64,000 nt of DNA from an uncultured delta proteobacterium (GCA_963711565.1 CAVQEQ010000004.1:448001-512000); one strand, 5' to 3'. Shown: positions 1 through 9,045, counted from the first letter of the stretch. Translations and numbers: made by a program. Notes: generated from the letters alone by a model not told the origin.

Positions 1-792
1 GTCAACGATCTTGGCGTCACCGTTGCGGGGCAGAAGGAAACGCAATCGCCCGCCGACGACGTGGTCAAGGAAGTCAAAGCCGCGGGCGGTAGCGCAGTTT
101 CCAATCACATGGATATCGCGACCGTGGAAGGCGGCGAGGGCCTCGTCAACCAGGCGATCAAGGAATTCGGCAAGCTCGACATTTTGGTGAACGTCGCCGG
201 CATCCTGCGCGACCGCATGATCTTCAACATGTCGGAACAGGAATGGGACGACGTGATCCGCGTGCACCTGAAGGGGCACTACTGCACGATCAAGCCGGCC
301 TCGGCGCATATGCGCGAGCGCAAGTACGGCAGGATTATCAACTTCTCGTCGAACTCGGCGCTCGGCAGTCCCGGCCAGCCCAACTACGCGGCGGCCAAGG
401 CGGGAATCCTGGGCCTGACCTACTCGAGCGCGAACTCGCTGCACAAATACGGAATCACGGTGAATGCGATCATGCCGGGCGCGTCAACGCGCATGACCGA
501 TACGATTCCCGCGGGCAGGATGCCGGGCGCGACGGGAATCCCGCAGTCGGACAAGGTCGAAGGGACGCCGCGCGATCCCGCCAACGTCGCGCCGATCGTG
601 GTGTTCCTGGCGAGCGATGACGCCGCGAACGTCACCGGGCAATGCTTCGGCGCGTCGGGCTTCCGCATCATGCGCTATCGGCACATCGCGCCCGACAAAG
701 TGCTCTACAACAACGGCCCGTGGAACGTCGACGAACTGTTCGAGCGGTTGAAGAACACGCTGCTGGTGGATCTGAGCGCGCCGCGAATGTAG
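1..792 (+). CDS. SDR family NAD(P)-dependent oxidoreductase (5'-truncated by window edge)
   Basis: Frame open from base 1 (VNDLG...); LDILVNVAGILRD and NYAAAKAG (YxxxK) SDR motifs. Confidence 0.9.
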   Translation, partial: VNDLGVTVAGQKETQSPADDVVKEVKAAGGSAVSNHMDIATVEGGEGLVNQAIKEFGKLDILVNVAGILRDRMIFNMSEQEWDDVIRVHLKGHYCTIKPASAHMRERKYGRIINFSSNSALGSPGQPNYAAAKAGILGLTYSSANSLHKYGITVNAIMPGASTRMTDTIPAGRMPGATGIPQSDKVEGTPRDPANVAPIVVFLASDDAANVTGQCFGASGFRIMRYRHIAPDKVLYNNGPWNVDELFERLKNTLLVDLSAPRM

Positions 793-975
793 CGGACGAG
801 GCCGTGCTTTTGGCGTATCCAGTTATCGTGAGCCGATGCGGTGAGGGCGAGCTTATTTTGGTGTCAATGTGAGCCGGTCGCAAATAGTGCAGTCGGTGCC
901 GGTGCAAGTCGCGGTCTCCAAGTCACGAGTCTTCACTTCTTGTCATATTGGGTAAGGAGTGGTTCAATAGAAACG

Positions 976-1449
976 ATGGCAGATCCAGCTACGGTGGCAG
1001 GGGCAGCTGCGGCTAAAGGCATTTGGTCCAAAATTAGTTCCGCGTTGACCGGTGCTACCAAGAAGCTAGTTGAACTCATAAACAAACGTCTCGACATTCT
1101 GGAAAAAAACCTAGACGGATTGCAGAAGGCAATTGACGAGCTCAACAAACTCGATCGTGAGATTTACGGCAAACAAAAGGCTTTCGAGGCCAACATGACT
1201 TCAATAGAAAAGACACTGGGACGGATTGAGAGTGACCTTAAGGATGGAATTAAGGGTGTCACTAGCGAAATCAGGGATGTTGAAAACAAAATAACTGCCA
1301 AGATGGAGCAGCTCGAAAAAAAGTCAGAAGAGCATCTACAGAATTCGCTGGAACCAATCCAAAGCGAGATTGCCCAAATCAGGGGAGTTTTCTATAGACC
1401 TGGAGGCGGCGGAGTCCTGGGAGGCGGCGGGGTCCTGTCCCAGACTTAG
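976..1449 (+). CDS. Hypothetical coiled-coil protein in a low-GC islet
   Basis: AT-rich ORF with heptad-like Leu/Ile pattern; ATG at 976; ends in duplicated GGGGVL. Confidence 0.6.
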   Translation: MADPATVAGAAAAKGIWSKISSALTGATKKLVELINKRLDILEKNLDGLQKAIDELNKLDREIYGKQKAFEANMTSIEKTLGRIESDLKDGIKGVTSEIRDVENKITAKMEQLEKKSEEHLQNSLEPIQSEIAQIRGVFYRPGGGGVLGGGGVLSQT

Positions 1450-1588
1450 ATATCAGATATTCGTTGCCTTCCATCTATCTTTTGTAACAATCGTCCCCAC
1501 AATTGAGCCGCGCTTTTCCCTCTCGCCAGCAGAACCCTTACTGCGAGGTTGAAGCTAAGTCGGTTGGCTGCCAGCCAAACGCAAGCCG

Positions 1589-2598
1589 CTATTGCCCTTG
1601 CCGGTTGGCGGCGGGCGGTTCGATGTCGAAGCTCGCGTTCAGGAATTTGATCACTCGCGCGGCGTAGCCGCTCGGATCCTCGAAGATCGCGTCGCCGTGA
1701 CCGCCCGACGGCACCGTCCACATCTGCGCGTTGAATCCCGCCGCGGCGAGAATCGCCTGTCCGTCCGCGAGCGGCGTCATCTGGTCGTCGCGATTCTGAA
1801 TGATCAGCAACGAGCAACTGCCCATGCGGCCCGCGTCCGTCGCGGGCGAGATCTTATTCAGTGGCCGGCCGAACCACAGCTGCGCTTCCCACATTACGGT
1901 TTCGACGAACGCGGGATTTAACCGCGACATCGACGGACTGCGCATGAACAGCTGCTCGAGGTTCGCGTAGGAGCTGTCGGCGATTACAGCGGTGAAGATC
2001 GGCTGCTCGGCCTGCGCCATGATCGCGCCGGCTGCGCCTTCGCCGATTCCGAGCGCGGCGATTTTAGTGAAGCCGTCGGCGCTCAGTGTGCGCGCGGTCG
2101 CCAGCGCGAACTTGCGCTTGAGCATCCCCCAGTTGATTCCGTAGATCGGATTATTGGAGCTGTATGCCGCGACCACTGTATAGCCGTGCCGAGCAGAAAC
2201 TTGACGTAGGGGATTATGGCGACTTCCGTCGCTCCGGCAGCCGGCACGATCACCACCACTTCGCGCCGCTTGCCCGGGAAATACCATCCGACCACGCTGA
2301 CTTGGCGATGCCGGATACCGTCCTCCTCGACCACGCCGCAATCCAATCGCTCCGGCTCGACGCCGACCGCTTTGCCGACGTCGGTTACCGAGCCGCGCTG
2401 GAAGGCCGGCACATGCTGTCCGAAGACGTCCTGGCCGCCGCGCCGGATGAACTCCGGGTACATCAACGATCGCGCGACGAAGAAGGCCGCGCCCATCCAG
2501 AGGATAATCGGGACGCACAGCAGGATTGCGCCGATGCCAAAAATGCGCCGCGGCTTGCGCTTGGCCGCGGCCGGCCGGGATTCAGAAGGATCGCTCAT
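1589..2598 (-). pseudogene. Membrane-anchored alpha/beta-hydrolase-fold protein split by a 1-nt frameshift near 2194 (pseudogene or sequence error)
   Basis: ORF 2083-2598 gives the N-terminal TM and GWYFPG..VVVIVP; ORF 1589-2518 gives RHGYTVV, AVIADSSY, LLIIQNRDD, GGHG. Restoring one G in ttt ctg (g)ct cgg cac ggc tat joins them as FLARHGY. Confidence 0.75.
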
Positions 2599-2629
2599 CG
2601 GCTATGCTTGTGCACGATTGCACACGCCA

Positions 2630-2790
2630 CCGCAAGCGTTCGCCATGCAGGCCGAGTTCCGATGAAACCCTTTGGGACTTGCGAGCCACGGATTCCTTGA
2701 TTGCGTCCGCGCGCCGGGTACAGGGGATCTACTCGCAGGTCACGCGATGTATTCGTCCGAAGTCGGAGCGATTGCGGGCGGGGCCGGCCC
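2630..2790 (+). ncRNA. Candidate structured RNA, 6S-RNA-like extended hairpin with central bubble
   Basis: Nested stems 2641-2650/2772-2780, 2656-2663/2762-2769, 2676-2685/2732-2741 and 2691-2699/2721-2729, with G-U pairs on + strand; TATGCT at ~2603 upstream. Confidence 0.3.
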
Positions 2791-2852
2791 TCAGATGCGT
2801 CCTTGTGAGCATTTCACTCGACACTTATGCTGCGTTGCAAGGAGCGACGTTC

Positions 2853-3650
2853 GTGGCTGATTGGGATCCTGAACTGTATAACCGCTTTCGCAGATATCGG
2901 GCGGAACCTGTCGAGCACATTTTGTCGCGGCTGGAACTTGGCGGCGACGAGAAAATTATCGACCTTGGATGCGGGTCGGGAGAGAATACGATCGAGCTGG
3001 CGCGGCGGAGTGCGCGTGGAACGGCGCTTGGCGTTGACGGGTCGCCGGCGATGGTCGAGGCGGCGCGCAAGGTGCTTGACGCCGAGCCGGCGGAGCTCAA
3101 GCGCCGGGTTTCTTTCGAGCAACTTAACGTTGCCGAGTTTCGCGCCGAGCGCGCGTACTCGCTGATATTCTCGAACGCCACGTTTCAGTGGATTCCCGGC
3201 CATCGCGCGCTGTTCGCGGCGTGCTTCGACGCGCTCTGCCCGGGCGGAACGATCATCGTGCAGATGCCCGCCAACGAGACCGAGACGGCGAAGATGGAAA
3301 TCGGGCGGCTCGCGCGCGAACTGCCGTGGAATTCGATGCTCGGCGGGCGCGAGCGCGCGTTTCATGAAGAGCCGCCGGAGTTTTACGCCGCCATGCTACA
3401 GCAACTCGGTTACGATCGAATCGACTGCTACTACGTTACGTTTCACCATCCGATGGACCGGCCGGCTGACGTCGTTCAGTGGTATCGCTCGACCGGGCTG
3501 CGGCCTTTTCTCGACAAGCTGCCGAAAGAGCGTCACGACGAATTTCTCGGGCAACTTACGGCGCGGCTCATCGGGGCTTACGGCACTTCGGGGGCGATGA
3601 CGTTCGACTTCAAGCGGCTGTTTATCTGGGGCCGCCGGCCCGGACCTTAG
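2853..3650 (+). CDS. tam: Trans-aconitate 2-methyltransferase-like SAM-dependent methyltransferase
   Basis: WDPELYNRF, IIDLGCGSG, FSNATFQW, VQMPAN, STGLRPFLD, FKRLFI; AAGGAG upstream of GTG 2853. Confidence 0.8.
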   Translation: MADWDPELYNRFRRYRAEPVEHILSRLELGGDEKIIDLGCGSGENTIELARRSARGTALGVDGSPAMVEAARKVLDAEPAELKRRVSFEQLNVAEFRAERAYSLIFSNATFQWIPGHRALFAACFDALCPGGTIIVQMPANETETAKMEIGRLARELPWNSMLGGRERAFHEEPPEFYAAMLQQLGYDRIDCYYVTFHHPMDRPADVVQWYRSTGLRPFLDKLPKERHDEFLGQLTARLIGAYGTSGAMTFDFKRLFIWGRRPGP

Positions 3651-4667
3651 ATGGCTCGCGCGCGCAATCGTCCCGCGATCGTCGCGCACGGCGGTGCGGG
3701 GAATGCCGGTCCTGGCAAGGAAAGGCCCGAACGGCGGCGCGCGATGATGACGGCGATACGGCTTGGCGCGAAAATTCTGCGCGCCAACGGCAGCGCGCTC
3801 GAGGCGGTAGTCGGGACAGTCGCGGCGCTTGAGGACCATCCGTTGTTCAACGCCGGCTATGGCTCGTTGCTCAATTCGGAAGGCAACGTCGAGATGGATG
3901 CGTCGGTGATGTTCGCGGAGCCGGTTGTTTCGGACTCCACGCGTCGCGGAAAACGGGGCGCTCGAACTCATTCCAGCGAAGCCGACTACACGGTCTCGGC
4001 CGGCGCGGTTGCAGCGGTCAGCCGCGTGCGGAATCCAATCATGCTCGCGCGCGCCGTGATGGAGCATTCGCCGCATATCCTGATGGCGGGACCGGGCGCG
4101 GAGAGTTTCGCGCGCAAGGTTGGTATCAGGCTGGTGCGTCCCGAGGAAATGGTGACCGAGCGCGCGCGCGAGCGGTGGCGCGCGCGAAAAGAGCAGGCCG
4201 GGATGCTCGAAGCAGAAGCGGCGGCGCGCGCCGCGATGGGGCATGGCACGGTAGGCGCGGCGGCCGTCGATGTAGATGGCGGAATCGCGGCGGCGACCTC
4301 GACCGGCGGCGTGCCCGGCAAACTTTTCGGACGCGTGGGCGACTCCGCGCTGATAGGGGCGGGCACTTTCGCGCACGCGTTCGGGGGCGCGTCGGCGACC
4401 GGGCAGGGCGAGGCGATAATCCTGACCGCGCTATGCCGCGAAGCGGTACTGGCGCTGGCGGATGCGTCGCCGCAGGCGGTCGCGCGCGAGGCGATCCTCG
4501 AAATGATCGACGCAACGGGCGCGGAGGCGGGAGTGATACTTGTCGATCGTCGCGGCAGAATCGGCTACGCGCACAACGCCGCCTCGATGCAGGTGGCTAG
4601 GTACGATCCCGCGGCGGGCGTGCAGCATCTATGGCTCGCGCCGATCGCGTCGGCGCGGCGCGGGTGA
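3651..4667 (+). CDS. iaaA: Isoaspartyl peptidase/L-asparaginase (Ntn hydrolase)
   Basis: HGGAG, LEDHPLFNAGYGS, GTVGA (Thr nucleophile), ATSTGG, GRVGDS, SATGQGE. Confidence 0.9.
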   Translation: MARARNRPAIVAHGGAGNAGPGKERPERRRAMMTAIRLGAKILRANGSALEAVVGTVAALEDHPLFNAGYGSLLNSEGNVEMDASVMFAEPVVSDSTRRGKRGARTHSSEADYTVSAGAVAAVSRVRNPIMLARAVMEHSPHILMAGPGAESFARKVGIRLVRPEEMVTERARERWRARKEQAGMLEAEAAARAAMGHGTVGAAAVDVDGGIAAATSTGGVPGKLFGRVGDSALIGAGTFAHAFGGASATGQGEAIILTALCREAVLALADASPQAVAREAILEMIDATGAEAGVILVDRRGRIGYAHNAASMQVARYDPAAGVQHLWLAPIASARRG

Positions 4668-4760
4668 CTATCAGCTTGATTCTGGCAAGGCGCAGCGTCC
4701 CAAATGACAGCCAATTGGGACTTCTCGACGGAGCATTCAGGGCCCCGACGCGTGCAAAGC

Positions 4761-5333
4761 TTAAGTGGCGTGTGCGGTGATTCGGGCGGCGTTCCTGTAC
4801 GCTTTGTAGAAGGCGTAGCCTTGGCGCTCGGTAGGGAATAGCCAATTACCGATCACGCGTCGCATCTCGTTGACTGCCCGAAACGCGCCAGCATTGTTGA
4901 CAAGAAGCCGGATTACAAGGCTGTTCTCCCTAAGAATTTGCATCATCGTAGCATAAAAGTCCGATACGACTTCGCGGACTTCGGGGCATTCCTGTTTTAG
5001 TTCGCGTTGCACTCGTTCAAGTTCCTGTTCGGCGGCTGGATCGAGCCCTCGGTCTTGAGCCTCACGAAGCGCCCTCACTACGGATTTGAACGTCACCTGG
5101 TCTGTGTGCCGGATAAAAAAGTCAATCGCGCGATAGAAATACTCAAATACAAAACCATCCTCACGCAGGTTCTGTTCAGCAACCAGGTGAATGAGCTTAT
5201 CGCGGGTTTCGAAGAGCCGGTACTTCTGGATTCGGTCATCTTCGCGCGCAAAAATTTCGCGCGCGCGAAGATTGAAATAGGCGACGCCCGCTATACCGAA
5301 GATGAGGGTGGAAATGTTGACAGCGTGAATCAT
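4761..5333 (-). CDS. Hypothetical protein with N-terminal membrane anchor, low GC
   Basis: 190-aa ORF with hydrophobic N-terminus; ATGA overlap with upstream small ORF. Confidence 0.65.
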   Translation of the reverse strand: MIHAVNISTLIFGIAGVAYFNLRAREIFAREDDRIQKYRLFETRDKLIHLVAEQNLREDGFVFEYFYRAIDFFIRHTDQVTFKSVVRALREAQDRGLDPAAEQELERVQRELKQECPEVREVVSDFYATMMQILRENSLVIRLLVNNAGAFRAVNEMRRVIGNWLFPTERQGYAFYKAYRNAARITAHAT

Positions 5334-5551
5334 TCGCTTCCCGAAGTTCTGCGTTTCTTCAGTATGATTTCTTGAAGCTGATTCCGCTCTTTAACCAATC
5401 TCTCAATTTCTCCATCTTTATCCGCCAGTCTGCCCTGCGCCTGTTTTTCCACGTAACGAAGATGCCACAACACAACAATAACGAACAGAGCAGCCCAGGG
5501 CCCCGAACTCTGGAGAAGCTGGTTAATGATAGGTTTGACATCGTCCCACAT
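5330..5551 (-). CDS. Small single-TM plus coiled-coil protein, BhlA/UviB holin-like
   Basis: QSSGPWAALFVIVVLW resembles the QGP(F/W)AxLF segment of BhlA/UviB peptides, followed by a charged coiled-coil tail. Confidence 0.5.
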   Translation of the reverse strand: MWDDVKPIINQLLQSSGPWAALFVIVVLWHLRYVEKQAQGRLADKDGEIERLVKERNQLQEIILKKRRTSGSE

Positions 5552-5681
5552 CAGGTCTGTCTGTATGACAATTAGTTAATATAACAGGTCGCAGCAGCAT
5601 CTCAAATGCGAACAAATCGGAGATTTTCCAAACGCTCCCGAGCGCGCAAACGAAACCCGCTGCGCCGTCTTGCCGAATCCT

Positions 5682-6101
5682 TTAGGACTTGGCTTTCTTC
5701 GAAGGTTTAGACTTGCCGGAACTGTTGAGGGCGACCGCCTGGCGAACGAGCGCTTTGAAGGCGGACTCGTCAATTTCTTCTCCTTCGTGGATATCGATCG
5801 CGCGGCGTACGTTGCCGTCGAGACTCGAGTTGAAGAGGCGGGCGGGATCCTTCAGAGCCGCGCCCTTGGCGAAGGTAAGCTTCACGACCTTCTTGTAGGA
5901 TTCGCCAGTGCAGATGATGCCGTCGTGCGACCAAACCGGAGTGCCTCTCCACTTCCATTCCTCGACAACGTCCGGGTCTGCTTCCGTGATGAGCGTGCGC
6001 ATTCTGCCGAGGGTTTCGCCGCGCCAGTCCCCGAGTTCGGCGATTCTTTTCGAGATAAGCTCCGATGCCGATTGGCCTTGGCTCGCGCCCGACTTTTTCA
6101 T
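5682..6101 (-). CDS. DUF1801 (YdhG-like) domain protein
   Basis: LGDWRGETL..EADPDVVEEWKW.GTPVWSHDGIICTGESYK..KLTFAKGAALKDP..LFNSSLDGN.RRAID. Confidence 0.88.
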   Translation of the reverse strand: MKKSGASQGQSASELISKRIAELGDWRGETLGRMRTLITEADPDVVEEWKWRGTPVWSHDGIICTGESYKKVVKLTFAKGAALKDPARLFNSSLDGNVRRAIDIHEGEEIDESAFKALVRQAVALNSSGKSKPSKKAKS

Positions 6102-6128
6102 GTTCTCACCACAGTCCACTACCGAAAA

Positions 6129-6434
6129 TCAGTCCACGTCGAGATTCTCCCAACGTTCGCACCTTACAAACTCGGGGTATAGCTGCGCGAGCAAGGGCCA
6201 GAGCCTGGATGGCATCAGGATCATACGGTCCTGGAGGTGAGCACCGGTGAAGCCTTCGGGCTTTCTGCGCTCGATCGGGTTCGCAGCGATAATTGCGTCG
6301 AGCTTTTCGCGCGCGCCCCGCGTCAGGACTTCGTAGCATCGCGAACAATCGCGGACATGTTCCGCAGTCGCCGTCATCAAGCGAAGTGCCAGATCGGCAG
6401 AACGGAGCTTCGGGTCTCTGAATTGTTTGGGCAT
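6129..6434 (-). CDS. Hypothetical protein with HxxxCxxC
   Basis: 101-aa frame from ATG 6434 fills the gap between genes; HVRDCSRC. Confidence 0.4.
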   Translation of the reverse strand: MPKQFRDPKLRSADLALRLMTATAEHVRDCSRCYEVLTRGAREKLDAIIAANPIERRKPEGFTGAHLQDRMILMPSRLWPLLAQLYPEFVRCERWENLDVD

Positions 6435-6521
6435 CGCATTGCCACCAGCTTGGAGACGGGTTGATTTTACAGGTATGCCTAAGGGCTCAAGGAGCGGCAA
6501 GCCCGAGATGCGTCTCTGCTG

Positions 6522-8165
6522 ATGAATCCCCACGCCAGGAAATCCGCGCTGCTTGCGGGCGCGGCGTTGTTTGCATTCGTCGTACTCGTGCAGGGGATCG
6601 GCGCGCCGTTTCAGAAAGACGCCGAGCCTCAATCGGCCGAATGGATTCAGAGTATCGTGCGCGACGGGCATTGGCTGATACCCCACGATGCGTACGGATA
6701 CACCGATCGGAAACCGCCGCTGTTCTATTGGCTGTCGGCAATCGTTGCGAAGTCCACGGGGGCCATCGTCAACGAACTGCGCGCGCGAGCTGTGTCCGTG
6801 ATGGCGGGAACGGCGCTTGCGGTGAGCGTCCTCGCGTGGACGGTCGCCAACGTGGGGGTATCGGAAGGATGGCTGGCGTTTCTGTTGATACTCGGCACTT
6901 ACGGATTCGCGTCACGCGCGACCGAAGCGCTGACCGACATGCTGCTGACGTTGCTGCTGTTCGCGGCGTACTCGGCGATTGTCCCGCTGCTTGAATCATC
7001 CGGATCGTTGCGCCGGAAAATTGTCGTCGGCGTGATGCTCGGTCTCGGGATTTTGACCAAGGGCCCGGTCGCGATCGTGCTGTGCGCGCTCGCCGTCGCG
7101 ATCTACCTGTTGATCGAGCGGCGCAATCCGTTAACGCTCGTGCGCGAGCGGTGGCCGTGGCAGGTCGTTGCGATTGCGATCGTAATCGGCGCGGTGTGTT
7201 ACGTGCCGGCGGCGATCGTCGGCGGTCATAAGGTCGTAAGGATCATCTTCGCGGAGAATTTTGGGCATTTCATGCCGGCCCGGCTCGGCGGAACGGGCGA
7301 GAGTTATCGGCCTTTTTATTTTATCGGCGCGCGCCTGCTGGGCGGCGCCTTCCCCATGACGCTCCTGATACTGCCGGCCGCGCTGGCTTTCTATACCGGC
7401 GAGATTGCGGCGGAGAAGCGGCGCGCCGTGATCTACCAAATCAGCATGTCGCTCGCGGTGCTGATTTTTTTCTCGATCGCGAGCGTCAAGCGGGACGATT
7501 ACATTCTGCCGGCGCTCCCGGGGATCGCGATCCTGTGCGCGTCGGTGTTTACGCTGAGCGAGCGAGGCTGGGCGTCGAAACTGCGCGATGCGATCGTCGT
7601 CGCATTTGCGCTCGGCTCGATTGCCGTTCTGGCGGGCTTGTTTCTCCTTCCGAGCTTCGGCACGCATCTCAAACTCCAGTCGAGCGACGAAGCCTATTAC
7701 GCGGTTTTCCAAAAGATGGGCGTCCCGTTGGCTCTATTCGCGCTCGGCTACCTGGCGCTCGGCGCTGCCTCGATAATCGCCGTGGTGCGGCGCCAGGCGA
7801 TCCTAATTGGTGTCGCGTTCGGCTTGGCCGCCCTTAGCCAGAGTCTGCTGTGGACGGCGGGGCTGAGACCGGCGCTGGCATATGCGCGCAGCGTGAAGAG
7901 TTTCGCTCCGCTAGTGAACGAATACGTCAAAGGCGATCAGTTATGCATTCCGAGCGGGGTCAACTACGAGCTGTCGTACTACTACGGCGCCGCGGTGCCG
8001 GATGTCGGTAATCCTCGATGCGCCTACCTCATCGCGACGCCGGTCGAGCTGGACGCGATGACTCCCGAATATCGGGCGCGGCTCAGGCTCCTGGCGCAAT
8101 CCAATTTGATCGGCGGCGGCGGACCGCCAGCGCTATTTGAAATTTCGCCCGAAGCCGCTAAATAG
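6522..8165 (+). CDS. ArnT/PMT-like GT-C glycosyltransferase
   Basis: Multi-TM; DGHWLIP, KPPLFYWL, LTKGPVA, KRDDYILPALP. Confidence 0.85.
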   Translation: MNPHARKSALLAGAALFAFVVLVQGIGAPFQKDAEPQSAEWIQSIVRDGHWLIPHDAYGYTDRKPPLFYWLSAIVAKSTGAIVNELRARAVSVMAGTALAVSVLAWTVANVGVSEGWLAFLLILGTYGFASRATEALTDMLLTLLLFAAYSAIVPLLESSGSLRRKIVVGVMLGLGILTKGPVAIVLCALAVAIYLLIERRNPLTLVRERWPWQVVAIAIVIGAVCYVPAAIVGGHKVVRIIFAENFGHFMPARLGGTGESYRPFYFIGARLLGGAFPMTLLILPAALAFYTGEIAAEKRRAVIYQISMSLAVLIFFSIASVKRDDYILPALPGIAILCASVFTLSERGWASKLRDAIVVAFALGSIAVLAGLFLLPSFGTHLKLQSSDEAYYAVFQKMGVPLALFALGYLALGAASIIAVVRRQAILIGVAFGLAALSQSLLWTAGLRPALAYARSVKSFAPLVNEYVKGDQLCIPSGVNYELSYYYGAAVPDVGNPRCAYLIATPVELDAMTPEYRARLRLLAQSNLIGGGGPPALFEISPEAAK

Positions 8166-8171
8166 AAGGCG

Positions 8172-8402
8172 ATGGCTGACCCCGCTGAACAGGCTGAGCA
8201 TACGATCAGCGCACTGATGCGCTTCGTCGTTTCGCTCATCATCCCGATTTGGGCGCTCGCGATGCTCGCGCTCGGCGTCGAGTACCGCTCGCTCTGGTGG
8301 CTTGGATGCGGCGTCGTCGTCGGTGGAGTCGGGCTGCTGTTGCTGGTGGGTAATCCGCTGGCAGCGTCGGCGCTCGATATTCGCGAGACCTGGCGGAAAT
8401 AA
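8172..8402 (+). CDS. Small two-TM membrane protein
   Basis: 76-aa hydrophobic ORF 6 nt after the glycosyltransferase stop. Confidence 0.6.
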   Translation: MADPAEQAEHTISALMRFVVSLIIPIWALAMLALGVEYRSLWWLGCGVVVGGVGLLLLVGNPLAASALDIRETWRK

Positions 8403-8404
8403 GA

Positions 8405-8457
8405 GCGGGGCTGCTCGCCCCGCACCCTCGGCAGGGGTGACCCCTGCACTCAGTATT
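8405..8457 (+). repeat. REP-like family A copy (hairpin + GCAGGGGtgaCCCCTGC + ACTCAGTATT)
   Basis: Near-exact reverse complement of 8571-8626; further copies at 39285, 42925 and 44132. Confidence 0.85.
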
Positions 8458-8570
8458 CGGAAAACTGGGCATGAGGACGCGAAGCGGGCTCGTGCTCAGC
8501 AGCGCAAATAACCTCGACCGTTCTCGTCGAAGAAGTTCTAACAGGCCGTAAGGCCGCATCTTCTCTTCAT

Positions 8571-8626
8571 CTTAACACTGGGTGCAGGGGTCACCCCTGC
8601 CGCGGGTGCGGGGCGCGCAGCCCCGC
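8571..8626 (-). repeat. REP-like family A copy, inverted partner of 8405-8457
   Basis: cttaacactgggtgcaggggtcacccctgccgcgggtgcggggcgcgcagccccgc. Confidence 0.85.
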
Positions 8627-8701
8627 ATCTCATTTCCGGTTCGTGCCTCGGCGCCGTGCTGAATTGCGGGCGATGTCTGGGCAGGATATTCTTTAGATCC
8701 G

Positions 8702-9040
8702 ATGCCGATTTTCGAGTATGAATGCGCGCGATGCGGGCTGGTCAGCTCGCACGTGGTTATGGGTTCGGCGCGGCGCCGCGAGCGTCGCGGGTGTCCGCAA
8801 TGCGGGTCGGCGCGGATGCGGCGGGTGCTGTCGTCGTTTGCGGTGGTCGCGAGCGAAGCGTCGCGGCTGGCGAGTTTCGACGCGTCGAAGCCCCGCGACG
8901 ATTCTTTCTATCGCGACTCGCGCAATGTTGGACTGTGGGCGAAGAAGCGGGCCAAGGAGATGGGCGTCGATCTTGGCTCGAAGTTCGAGGCGACGGTCGA
9001 GAAAGCTCGCAGCGGCAAGCTGATCAAGGAGATGACCTGA
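8702..9040 (+). CDS. FmdB family zinc-ribbon protein
   Basis: MPIFEYECARCG...CPQCGS..MRRVLSSF. Confidence 0.85.
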   Translation: MPIFEYECARCGLVSSHVVMGSARRRERRGCPQCGSARMRRVLSSFAVVASEASRLASFDASKPRDDSFYRDSRNVGLWAKKRAKEMGVDLGSKFEATVEKARSGKLIKEMT

Positions 9041-9045
9041 CGGGT

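Noticed and set aside
2659-2676. Hammerhead core (ccgatga...gaaa)
   Set aside because: CUGAUGA is not intact and no three-stem junction is evident.
2826-2852. SAH/SAM riboswitch before the methyltransferase (gcaaggagcg)
   Set aside because: The match is only the Shine-Dalgarno region; the other conserved elements are missing.
5570-5600. dif-like site (agttaatataa resembles a XerD arm)
   Set aside because: No matching XerC arm at 6-bp spacing.
8405-8626. Possible mini CRISPR array
   Set aside because: Repeats are inverted and dispersed rather than direct with 30-40 nt spacers; no cas genes.
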